Source: Hemiscyllium ocellatum
Lineage: Eukaryota
Assembly (NCBI RefSeq): GCF_020745735.1
Contig: NC_083420.1
Location: 51,217,931-51,281,930 of the forward strand
DNA length: 64,000 nt
Direction of reading: 5' to 3'
Of this stretch, positions 52,301 to 63,019 are shown in pieces. How positions within the stretch are numbered: position 1 is the first letter of the stretch; each line of letters begins with the position of its first letter. The position numbers and the translations under genes were made by a program. The notes under the pieces were generated by a model. That model was not told where the DNA came from. It saw only the letters and a program-made list of their open reading frames with translations, and searched no databases.

Positions 52301-52775
52301 TCCAGCGGAGATTCACACGGATGATCGTTGGAATGGTAAATCTAACATACGATGAACAGTTGAGGATCCTGGGACTGTGTACCTTAGAGTTTAGAAGGTT
52401 GAGGTGAGATCTAATAGAAACTTAAAAGATAATGCATGGCTTAGAAAGGGTGGATGCTGGGAAGTTGTTTCCATAAGGCAGGGAGACTAGGACCCATGGG
52501 CACAGCCTTAGAATTAGAGAACGGAAATGAGGAGACAATTCTTCAGCCAGAGAGGAGTGGTCCTGTGGAATTCATTGCCAAGGTACACAGTGGAGGCCGG
52601 GTCTTTAAATGTCTTCAAGGCAGAGATTGATAATTTCTTGAAATCGCAAGGAATTAAGGGCCGCAGGAAAGAGTGCGGGTAAGAGGAGTTCAAATGCCCA
52701 TTAGCCATGATTAAATGGCAGAGTGGACTTCATGGGCCGAATGGCCTTACTTCCTATGTCTTATGCTCTTATGGT
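49385..52775 (+). mobile_element. Near full-length degenerate CR1 LINE (ORF1 esterase, ORF2 EN+RT), antisense in CPSF4 intron 5
   Basis: ORF1 CCLPGARV..PDVVVHRGTNNI (SGNH-like); EN LNVCSIRNK..VGITEMW..GRGGGVALLVK..MYRPP; RT SQHGF..SCLTNL..DFQKVFDKVPH; many frameshifts; CTTATG-repeat tail. Confidence 0.92.
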
Positions 52776-53771
52776 CACTTGCAAACTTACTGATTAATCC
52801 TCTTACATCTAAGACTAAACCATTTATAAAGTTGCCACAGTCCTCAAGGACCATAGGGTTACTCTCTTCTCAGAGACAATTGGGGACTAGTTTAACCAGA
52901 CTCTTGTTTTTGCTCCTTTTACAAGTAGAACAGTTTCACCTGAACTACTTTACCGAGCCCACTCATTGAAGCAAAATACGTGACTCACAGAACTCTGACT
53001 TCATAGCACACCATTAACAATGAAAGCCCTGCTTAAGCATCCTATTCAGGCACCCATTGATCTGGAGTGTAAACACTGCCCGCAATTAATTAAAAATACA
53101 TAGAAGCTACTCAACCCTGAAGTGCACTCTGTTAATCATTTTAGATCATGGCAATTTGTGCCTCAAGTCCATTTCCCTTCCTCAGATCTTTATTACCCTT
53201 ACATAGCAAAAGTCCAGTGCTGTCTCTCTTGAATTTCAAATGACTCTCAATATACTCAGTATTTTGGTGCATATGATTTCCAATGCCTTTCACGTGGACA
53301 AAGTTCTGCCTAATTTCAGTCCGTTGTGGCTCAGCTTAAATTTGAAGCGTATGCCTTGTTCTGTATCTCTTCTGATGAAGTAACCGTTCCATTTCCACCC
53401 ACTGAAACTAATTACCATTTCAAGATTTTCTTCAGATTACTTCTCAACCTTAGAGAAAGTATTGCTCAATAAAATTATATAGGTTTTACAAATTGATTTG
53501 GCAACCTTAAAAAGCACCTATAATGTTAAGTAGTGAATGGCCACAACCTGCAATCAATACTGTGCAAGTAGGTGGCACAGAAAGTTATATGCCCATTGTG
53601 TAATACTGCATGACAACTCTAACAGTGGCTGAACACACACCTAATGAAGAACATGTACATAATTTCTGGTATCATTATTGTATGGAAGCAAGGTGGACAT
53701 CTTGATCCAAGAGAGTGGCAGAACTAATGGCCTGCCCTCATTCCAGTGTCCCTATCTCACTGTGTACTTAC

Positions 53772-53865
53772 TGCATAAATTTACAGCTGGGGCCTTCAGG
53801 ACAGAATCCTACCAGATAGTTAACACAGATGACGCGCCGTGTGTGTCGGTGCCTACACAGGGGAC
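53772..53865 (-). CDS. CPSF4: CPSF4 coding exon 5
   Basis: [32 protein letters not shown] (CCCH finger 5); GTAAGT donor; 94 nt. Confidence 0.97.
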
Positions 53866-54477
53866 CTATAACAAAACAAGATTCAAGGTCAGTAATCGAC
53901 TAAAGTTGTAATTCAGCAAATAACAATCACATACCCATGGCACCACACGATTCAATGGAGTTAATCACATAGGGTCTGACTGATCTTAGCTGTATACAAC
54001 TCCACCTGCTTTAAAGAATTGTTACTAAACTTTAACACTTCTGTTCTAAAACAACTCATGCTGGTGAGGCACACTTACAAAATTTCTCTCATTTGGACAA
54101 GGCACATGTTACAAAAGCAAAATAAAGATGCACTCACCCAACACTGACAGAAATCTCAACTTTAAAACTTCACTCAGCGCAGGCACAGTGAGTTGTGCCA
54201 CTATAATTGCCCCTGGATTAAGGAGGCAGAAGGTAGGGTTTTTTCCTAAAAAATCACAATATTTTGAATCACCATTGAGTGCCTCCTGGTGAGTATTCCT
54301 GCATCAACAGCAGGTTCAACCCAGACCAAGTGCCCAATGGGCCACAACTCATTCCCAGATTGGGATTGTACAAAGTGACCTGCTGCCAGGTCTCTGCCAA
54401 TATCCCACAAGAAAGTTGTATGTGAGAGAAAACCAAAGGCATCTAATTCATCCATTTATCCACAGCTCACTGCTTAC

Positions 54478-54573
54478 CATGTTTACAAAATCCTCGGTCA
54501 TACCAGGGGCAGTCTTTGATTTTGGACTCAGGGTCAATGTGTAGAAATGGACATTCCTTATTACTACATTCTC
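54478..54573 (-). CDS. CPSF4: CPSF4 coding exon 4
   Basis: GECSNKECPFLHIDPESKIKDCPWYDRGFCKH; tttctctag acceptor, GTAAGC donor; 96 nt. Confidence 0.97.
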
Positions 54574-54757
54574 CTAGAGAAACAAAAGGAAGAAATGAAA
54601 CACAGACCACAAGGAGAAAGCAGCAACCAAAATACCTACAGGTTCTTTTCTACAGGTTTTACTTGGATTCTTTTGTCTTGATGCCGTACCAAAATCCACT
54701 ACCTTCAAATAATTCAGGAACCAATCCATTTCCTTTCAGAGTACTTCATCTGAACTA

Positions 54758-54947
54758 TGATTTGAAAATGCCGGTGTTGGACTGGGGCGTACACGGTTAA
54801 AAATCACACAACACCAGGTTATAGTTCAACAGGTTTAATTGGAAGCACACTAGCTTTCGGAGCTATCACCTGATGAAGGAGCGTCGCTCCGAAAGCTAGT
54901 GTGCTTCCAATTAAACCTGTTGGACTATAACCTGGTGTTGTGTGGTT
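54758..54947. mobile_element. Penelope family A short palindromic insertion in CPSF4 intron 3
   Basis: ~64-bp inverted arms; 13-bp TSD TTCATCTGAACTA (54745-54757, 54948-54960). Confidence 0.88.
54867..54901 (+). ncRNA. Minimal type I hammerhead, family A, intact core
   Basis: CAC-CTGATGA-A-GGAGC-GTC-GCTCC-GAAA-GC-TA-GTG; palindromic AGCT helix III; antisense to CPSF4. Confidence 0.8.
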
Positions 54948-55447
54948 TTCATCTGAACTAAGTGACCTCAAGCTGGTGACAGTTTATTCCCAAACTTAAC
55001 TCAAGGGTATAAAGAAATTAGATTTTAAACCATATCCAGCTCATTTTCAATGAGATGAACTGTTTCAGGGGACAGATGATGTCAAAAGCATAAGAACAGC
55101 TTCACTATTTGCGACATGCCCAAACAGTAAACTCCTTCCTGATGAGGAAGCAGATGGGCTCAAATTAAAAAGCCTACAAAATCAAAATGCATGTGCTACA
55201 AACTCTCAGTATCTTCTAACTCAGAAAGGTCAGCTGAAACTTCAAGCAACGAGAGTTCCCACCACCTCTTCACCAACCTTGGTACATTTCCTGCTCCCAA
55301 TAAAATCCACAATACTGCCTGAAAAGAAACAAAGCAGCTAATGATATTCTTAAACCTTAAATACTATAGAAAACAATATAGAATCACAATGTTACAGCTC
55401 TACTATGTAGGAAAACTGTGATGTACTGTTAAAGTCCTATCTCAGTA

Positions 55448-55948
55448 GAGTCATAGAGACGTACAGCACGGAAACAGACCCTTTGGTCCAACTTGTCCAT
55501 GCTGACCAGAAATCCTAAATTAGTCTAGTCCCATTTGCCAGCATTTGGCATATATCGCTCCAAATGCTTTCTATTCACATACCCATCCAGATGCCTTTTA
55601 AATGTCATAGTTGTACCCACCTTCACCATTTCCTCTGGTAGCTCGTTCCATACACTCACCATCCTATGCATAAAAAGGTTACCCCTTAGGTCCCTTTTAA
55701 ATCTTTTCCCTCTCATTTAAATCTCTACTTTCTGGTTTGGGACTCCCCTACCCTGGGCAAAAAATCTTGGCTATTTATTCTATTTGTGCCCCTCATGATT
55801 TTATAAACCACTATAAGGTCACCCCTCAGCACCAATGCTCCAGGGAAAGTAGCCACAGCCTATTCAACCTCTCCTTATAGTTCAAATCCTCCAACCCTGG
55901 CAACATCTTTGTAAATCTTTTCTGCACCCTTTCAAGATTAACACCATC
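55448..55948 (-). mobile_element. HER1/CR1 LINE 3' fragment in CPSF4 intron 3
   Basis: LERVQKRFTKMLPGLEDL..WNELPEEMV on the minus strand. Confidence 0.87.
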
Positions 55949-56166
55949 AGTATACTTTGAACCTTGGTGGGAGGTGAAGGTAGTGGTAGAACTAAAGTGA
56001 TTGTGAGTTAGCAGAGAGGAAATGGTGCCTCTTCCTCTTCTTCTGCAAGGGGAAGAATAGGTTAACCACTCTGCTATAACTGGAGATACAAAGCCTGGTC
56101 CTTCCCACCTCCAATTGTGATCAGTCTCTTGGGTTGGTGTGGAAACTATAAGCAGGGAGCACTCAC

Positions 56167-56319
56167 CAAATTTGGAATAGAAATAGCACTCAGGCATCTT
56201 GGTCATGTCATACTCGTGTAAGAATTCACACTGATCTCCTTTCTTGCAGAGGCCCCTCAGCCAGTGTTTGCACACCACTGTCTTCTCGCCGCTGATGTGA
56301 CGAAAAGGGCACATCCCAC
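56167..56319 (-). CDS. CPSF4: CPSF4 coding exon 3
   Basis: GGMCPFRHISGEKTVVCKHWLRGLCKKGDQCEFLHEYDMTKMPECYFYSKF; AG/GTGAGT boundaries; 153 nt. Confidence 0.98.
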
Positions 56320-56859
56320 CTACACAACAAAAGCAGGTTCAATCACCAGATCAGTTCCTCCTCACCAGGGCCCTTTACAGCTTTCTGATGAGGAAAAGAC
56401 GCAGCGTGGATAGACAGGGATTTTGCAGAAGTAGACTTCTGGTGCACAGGAAAAATCGGTTTACGTTTCACTTAAGGAGCAGCAACTTACACATGTTAAA
56501 ACGTATGAAACCCACTTGATACAAGGAAAGAAATCCTCTCTCCCTGTGTGGGCACGTAGCCAACTCCAGTAGTGCAATAAGCTAGGAGAAAAGCCCTTCT
56601 TAATTGGAAAGACAGGAATTTGAATTGAATTAGCATGTGACTTTCTTTCAGTCCCTGGTGAAATACCTGGGACCCCCACACTCCTGAAACCACAGAGATA
56701 AAGAAAGCTCTAAACTGAAATTGACAAGCGTAGGTCAATGGTCCTGACTCACTAACTCTCAGTGGTAACAGATTTATTCAATTATCGTGAAAAAGAAATA
56801 GTTTGAGAAAGTGTGCCACACATTGTTCACTTCTGGGCAGTTTAATAAAGCCTTGATGT

Positions 56860-57322
56860 GAGTTCAGAGGAGATTTACTGGAATAATACAAGGAATGGTG
56901 GATTTCAGATAAGGAAGAACAAGAGAGATTGTGATTATTCTCGTTGGAGCAGAGAAGATGAAGAGGTAACCTTAATGAAGTGAGCAAAATTATGGACAGT
57001 TTTGACAGGGTTAAAAAGAATATTCTGTTTCCATTAGGTGGTATGTCAGTAACTAGGGATCACAATTTCCAGATTGTCAATGAGAGAGCTAGGTATGGGA
57101 TAAGGAGAAACTTCAGAGTGGTTAAGGTTTGGAATGCCTTGCCTGGGAGAGTGGTGGAGGCGGATTCCATAGGAGGTTTCAAAGAGTGTGGAATATATAT
57201 TTGAAAGTGATCAATTCAGAGGGCTATGGAAATAGAGCTGGAGAATGGGACTAGCTGGCTTGCTCTCTCAGGAGCCAGTACAGACACAATAGGTTCAATT
57301 CTATGTAAAATTCTATGATTCT
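56860..57322 (+). mobile_element. Decayed CR1 3' fragment in CPSF4 intron 2
   Basis: LFPL..SVTRDH..RVVKVWNALPGRVVEA and TTCTATGATTCTA tail. Confidence 0.75.
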
Positions 57323-57741
57323 ACTACATTTTCTTCCCTTCCTCACCTCATCCCACTGGCTCTCTTTGTCCAAAAAAACCATTATGTAACAGAGAAGACC
57401 GACTACTGAGCTGTTCTCAGATTTCTGTCCGTGTACTACTTAGCCAGGCACCAGCATATAAGTGTTATCAGAGGAACTGACTTCATGGAAAGGCAACTTG
57501 CTTCTTACTTCCTCTGTCATTGTCAAGAGGCACAAACATAGGGGAGAGGTTGGGAAGGAGACTTCAGGAACGCTCTTCCCAACAAGAATACTTCATGCAT
57601 GATTCAAAATGATGTCAAAACACAAAAGTAGCATCTGAATGCATCGGTGGTAAGAGCTCTACTTAATAAACAGATCAGAACATCACTATAATGAGCAAAA
57701 ACAGGAAAAACAACAGCATATTGACACTAGAAATAGCTCAC

Positions 57742-57792
57742 CCTTTCCACATGATGCTCTCAGAAAGAATTCACAGACCGCTGCCCCAGATT
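57742..57792 (-). CDS. CPSF4: CPSF4 coding exon 2
   Basis: tttttccctcag acceptor, (K)SGAAVCEFFLRASCGK, GTGAGC donor; 51 nt; start of CCCH finger 1. Confidence 0.96.
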
Positions 57793-58929
57793 CTGAGGGA
57801 AAAAATAAACATGTTAAAAGACCACTCATTTCAAAAAATTGCATTTACAGTTATGTAGTTTGAGGCCCTCATTTGAATTTTATGAAACATTTCACTGTAA
57901 CAGGAGACGACCATTCGGCCCCTGATGTCAATCAACAAAACCAGGGCTGATGTGTGACCCAAATGCACAAAACCCACCTCTGGTCCGTCTTGCTCAATAA
58001 CTTTGATCAATAAAAATCTACCAAATCTGAACTTAAAACTGATCTGGCATCAACTGCCATTTACAAAAGTGATTCAACCATCGCTGCGTGTAGATGTGTT
58101 TCCCTAACTTCATTCAAAAAAGTCCTGACAAACACTTAAGCCATGTCCTAGACTGCACAGCATGCAAATGTAGCTTCTTTGTTGCCTGATAGTTACTTAT
58201 TCCCCCACTCTTGTATGAACACAAGGGTTCTGAATGAATTGTGTTTTGGCAATCTCAAACTGTTCCCAAGATAGCACTAGTACAAAACACACAAACTACT
58301 CACAACATGGACAGTTCCCCCTCTCCAAAAAACAAATAGTTTGGACACCTAGTGTCCAGTGATTGAAGAGGAGTGAGAATGATCATGAGAGTTTAGAACT
58401 GCTATTAATATTGGTGTAGCAAATACTGCGTTTATGTACATTTTAATAAAACCACCGCACTATTTACATCAATGTTAACAACATTTCAACAGCTGGTACA
58501 CCAAATGTACAGTATGGAAATGATATACATCAAGAACACAGTCCACATTTCTGCTGGCCTAGGTGGCAGCATTCAAAAGTATCCAAAGTGACACCAGCTC
58601 AAAATATATTTATGTCGACAGGTCGCTGAGTAAAGTATGTTTGTCTAATTGTTCTATTCATCCGGCTAATACAAAATTCTACCACACCTTCAGAAGCAAT
58701 GGCATAAATCATTGCTAAGATTTTCTGGAGAGAAAGATGTGGGCTGACAGGTGCATCTGGCAATTGTACCCAAGAGATATCTTCTTTCCACTGATGCCAA
58801 CTTGGCATGAGTTATCCAGAAGCAGTAATTCACAGAGCCCTGGCGTTGTTAAGCACACATCTGATCACACCTGTTCTTAAAGGAGAGCAGGGAGGAAGAG
58901 TTGCTAAAAGCAATCATTGTAAATGCGAG

Positions 58930-59475
58930 AGGGGGAATAGACAGAGAGATTTTGTACGGGGGGGTGAGAGAGATAGAGAGATGGTGGGGGGAGAAAAGAG
59001 AGAGACTCAGATGGGGGGAGAGACACAGAGAGATTGACAGGGGTCAGAGGGTGGAGGCATACGGGCAAGGGGGGCTGGAGGCACGGGGAGGGGGGCTGGA
59101 GGCGGGGGGAAGTGGGGCTGGAGGCGGGGGGAAGGGGGGGTGGAGGTACAGGGAAGGGGGTTACGGGGAAAGGGGGGTGGGGGTACGGGGAAAGGGGGGT
59201 GGAGCTACAAGGAAGGGGTAGTTGGAGGTACAAGGAAGGGGGGCTGGGGAAGGGGGGCACGGGAAGGGGGGCACGGGAAGGGGGGGCACGGGGGAAGGGG
59301 GGTAGGAAATACGGGGAGGGGGTGGAGATACGCGGGGGGGGGAGGTCGGGTGTATGGGGGATGGGGAAAGGGAGTGGGAGTGTGGGGCAATTGTCAGAGG
59401 AAGAGGGGGATTGGGGGCAGGTGATGTGAGGACAGGGATGGGGGAGGAGGGGGAGGGGAGTGTGTGTGTGTGTGG
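58930..59475 (+). repeat. G-rich low-complexity tract in CPSF4 intron 1
   Basis: Dense G4-G9 runs with GA and GT microsatellite pieces; explains several spurious Gly/Pro-rich ORFs. Confidence 0.85.
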
Positions 59476-59520
59476 ACTGTGAGCGATCCCGTCCGCCCCC
59501 GGCCCCCGGCCCCCACTCAC

Positions 59521-59623
59521 TGTCCATTCCCGGGAACGGGAGCGGCTGGGCCCCCAGCTGCTGCTCCACCGCGATCTCCAGCTCGAACCTGATGTGCTCC
59601 ACGTTGGAAATGAGCTCCTGCAT
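59521..59623 (-). CDS. CPSF4: CPSF4 (CPSF30) coding exon 1
   Basis: Encodes MQELISNVEHIRFELEIAVEQQLGAQPLPFPGMD, matching the CPSF30 N-terminus; 103 nt ending in a phase-1 GTGAGT donor. Confidence 0.97.
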
Positions 59624-59670
59624 CCTCCCGCCTGAGAGAGCCCGAGGCTTCACTACAACAACCCGAACAA

Positions 59671-59955
59671 CACCGGGATCCGGGGGCAGAGAGCAGGCCG
59701 GGCCCCGAGCACCGGGATCCGGGGGCAGAGAGCAGGCCGGGCCCCGAGCACCGGGATCCGGGGGCAGAGAGCAGGCCGGGCCCCGAGCACCGGGATCCGG
59801 GGGCAGAGAGCAGGCCGGGCCCCGAGCACCGGGATCCGGGGGCAGAGAGCAGGCCGGGCCCCGAGCACCGGGATCCGGGGGCAGAGAGCAGGCCGGGCCC
59901 CGAGCACCGGGATCCGGGGGCAGAGAGCAGGCCGGGCCCCGAGCACCGGGATCCG
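59671..59955. repeat. GC-rich minisatellite, 7 x 39 bp plus a 12-bp partial unit
   Basis: Unit CACCGGGATCCGGGGGCAGAGAGCAGGCCGGGCCCCGAG repeated apparently perfectly, just upstream of the CPSF4 ATG. Confidence 0.97.
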
Positions 59956-60070
59956 CTCCAAACGACGAGCCGACTTCCGCATCAAGAGGTGACCCCTTCG
60001 CCAGGCACAGCGCCCCCCTCCGCCCTGGAGGACCGGGCAGCGGTGCCTATCCTAAAAGGGGAGACCGTCC
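59956..60070 (-). promoter_or_regulatory. CPSF4 CpG-island promoter region
   Basis: CpG-dense sequence upstream of exon 1 with an ETS motif (CGGAAGT on minus, 59973-59979) and GC-rich boxes. Confidence 0.6.
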
Positions 60071-60344
60071 CCTCACCGCTTTGTCACCATGGGGAATTTA
60101 CATAGCACCTTCCAACACCCTCCCATCTACTGCAATGTTTTCTTCGTACAGGCTCATGGGCTACTGCTGCCTGGAGTGCTTTGCCAGAAGTGCTTCCTTC
60201 TCAATCACTCAGCTATTCTCTATATCACTTACATACTTGTAAAAGTGTGATTCTCCTCTTTATGTCATATTGTGTCTCGTCTAATAGCAGTTTTACAATT
60301 ATCAGTATCTCTTGCTTTACAGTGAAGCATTTTGGAGATAATTC

Positions 60345-61466
60345 CGAAGAGACACCATGTACAAAGACCAGTGCAATGGGGGAAAAAACACTCCCAATGC
60401 CACCCTCACCCTGATGGCCACCTTTGTGTGTGGCTGCATCAAGCTGTGCGTGGATCCCCGGTATGCAAACACCAAGTGTCACTATGTACTGAGGTTCTAC
60501 CTGTCCCCGGTGTTGAAAAGGATGGGCCTGGCCTCGCTGCCGCGGAACGCTCCGAGTAGTTGGACCGTTCCGTACCACCTGTCCTTCGTGGAGAAATTTC
60601 TGAAGAAAAACACCTTTGACCACAAGTCCATCAGGAAGTGATCAGCACGTAGTGTCCTTGAGACCCTTCGGGAAAAGGAGAGGGAGGATCCTGTTGAGTG
60701 GTTCCCTGAGCAGACTGTCAAAGCAATTTGGCAGAATGCCTCATCGCCAGAACTTTCCAACAAGCACCAAGACATGGCTTGGCTGGTGGTGAGAAGGGCT
60801 CTACATGTGAGATCGTTTATGCACGGCCGGACTCTCTGCCGCATCGCACGCAGACCTCGAAGCGGCTGCGGGGGGGACGAGACTGTCATACACCTCCTTC
60901 TGGAATGTGCCTATGCAGAGGAAGTCTGGAGAGGAATGCAGTGGTATTTGTCGAGGTTCGTCCCGAGCAGCGCCGTGACGCGGGACTCCGTGGTCTACGG
61001 CCTGTTCCCCGGTACGCACACTGAGACGAACATCAACTGCGCCTGGAGGATCATCAACTCGGTGAAGGACGCTCTCTGGGTGGTCCGAAACCTGTTGATC
61101 TTCCAGCTGAAGGAGTTGACCCCGACTGAGTGTTGCAGACTGGCACATTCCAAGGTCCAGGACTACGTGTTGAGGGACGCGCTGAAGCTTGGGCCAGCTG
61201 CCGCCAAGGCGCAGTGGGGAAAGACCACCGTTTAACATCTGCCTGTCGAAAGAAGATCAGGGGACCCATGCAGTCATTTGGGCTTTGCTGATGCCTCAGC
61301 TCAATATGTGAGTGAGAAATGCACAGATCTGTATGTAATAATGAAAATTCTGAGCTGTGTATGTAAATGTGGAAATAGGTATGGCATTGGCATTACCTAA
61401 TGTACAGTGTATCAAATTATTTTATGAATATTTTATGAATAAAGTATATTTTTGAAATTAAAAAAA
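60345..61466 (+). mobile_element. Tx1/L1-clade LINE, 5'-truncated, young
   Basis: ORF2 C-terminus (MATFVCGCIK...GCGGDETVIHLLLEC CCHC-type region...WGKTTV) with one internal stop; AATAAA plus A-tail; 16-bp TSD ATTTTGGAGATAATTC (60329-60344, 61467-61482). Confidence 0.9.
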
Positions 61467-62528
61467 ATTTTGGAGATAATTCTGATTATTTTTCAATATG
61501 TTTGTGCCTTACAGCATAAGGTAACCACCTCACCATCAGACTCTTTCAGTGTAATAGAGCCAGTGTCATGTCTTCAGTAAATCACCTACATGTATGTGAT
61601 GTCCAGTAACATCAGTAAACACAGAACCGAAACTGTCAGAATTGCTGCATGCAGTTTAAAGATAACATCAGTGATAATTATATAACTGTGTTACATGTCC
61701 ACCAAAGCAGTATTGAATGTATAGATATATGCATCCTTGTACATGTTATTGGGATCTTTGAAGTCACCATCAGAAGTACTGGAGTATTTTATTCTTCTTA
61801 GCCCTTCAGTGCCCAAAGCAAGGAGAGATTTGATGGTCTGTTGTTCTTTGTCAGTTATCTGCTGATCCATAAAGTAAATATTGATTCTTTGTATAATTGA
61901 ATTTCTGACAATGTCAGTAGATTGCTAGTCTATGGTGAAATGTTTACTTTTCATATGTTTCTTTTTATGACAAATGCGCTCTAAAATGCCAGTTCACAGA
62001 TCTGTAGTGCTGCTATTAGCTTGTCTTCTCTTTTCTCTATTTTTAAATGTAACTTTTTGCGGTATCTTTTTTCTGTACTTTGTTACAGAATTGATTTCGT
62101 AAATCAGGGCTGACCTTCCACATTTTTAACTTGCATGTTTTTAAAAATCAGGGCTGTCCTGGCCTTCTGGAAATTTGATGTTTTGTTTTAAACATTGGAG
62201 CTGTCTAGCACTTTTAAACTACATTTCATTTACAGGTTGTAGCCATTAATTTTATGCATATTACTTTACTCTTGATAGCAGTTGCAACTTCAATTCTAAT
62301 CTCGGACAGATTGTTGGAATACTGTCAGGAAAAAGATTTTTCACAATTGCCACACTATCAACTCCTCAGGCCTTTAGCATCCACTTACTGCAACGAACCC
62401 ACTGTCACCATTAACTTGTAATACCCATTTACTGCCATCATGACATGTTTTGTGGGTTCGTTTACATGTTCGCCTACATTATAACAGAGACTTACATTCT
62501 TAATAAGATAGATGTCTTAATATTTGTT

Positions 62529-62658
62529 TAGGAGAAAGTGAGGTCTGCAGATGCTGGAGATCAGAGCTGAAAATGTGTTGCTGGAAAAGCGCAGCAGGTC
62601 AGGCAGCATCCATGGAACAGGAAATTCGACGTTTCGGGCATAAGCCCTTCTTCAGGAA
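62529..62658 (-). mobile_element. Penelope family B 130-bp solo insertion starting at the hammerhead
   Basis: 12-bp TSD TTAATATTTGTT (62517-62528, 62659-62670); intact core (A)TTC-CTGAAGA-A-GGGC-TTAT-GCCC-GAAA-CG-TC-GAAT at 62624-62659. Confidence 0.88.
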
Positions 62659-62888
62659 TTAATATTTGTTGACAACAGTAACCACTTACACAGATGCAAA
62701 TCACAGGCTTGAACACCCAGTCTGGATTTTATATTCATTGATGCTACTGTATCTTGCACACTCACAGTTGACTAACTAAAGGTATGACACTGAACCTTGT
62801 GTACACAGTGACTGAAGGAGAGACAGGTACCTCTATACTAGAATGCCACTTTGCCTTATAGGGTACAGGCCTGTGTTTAGAATCTATA

Positions 62889-63019
62889 GGTAAAAAATGA
62901 GGTCTGCAGATGCTGGAGATCACAGCTGAAAATGTGTTGCTGCTTAAAACACAGCAGGTTAGGTCCTGTTCCTTGGATGCTGCCTAACCTGCTGTGCTTT
63001 AACCAGCAACACATTTTCA
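62889..63019. mobile_element. Penelope family B short palindromic insertion lacking the hammerhead
   Basis: 14-bp TSD GTTTAGAATCTATA (62875-62888, 63020-63033); inverted arms made of the tail downstream of the ribozyme. Confidence 0.82.

Noticed and set aside
58901-59520. Several Gly-rich and Pro-rich ORFs
   Set aside because: By-products of the low-complexity G tract in intron 1.
59671-59955. Regular repeat array as a CRISPR
   Set aside because: Units are head-to-tail with no unique spacers, no cas genes, and the context is vertebrate: a minisatellite.
59460-60242. 260-aa plus-strand ORF with PGSGGREQAGPRA repeats
   Set aside because: Antisense of CPSF4 exon 1 plus the stop-free minisatellite; no independent coding evidence.
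60300-60345. U2 snRNA target for the Tx1 element (Keno-like), suggested by ATTTTGGAG
   Set aside because: Only a short match; the flanks do not follow the U2 sequence.
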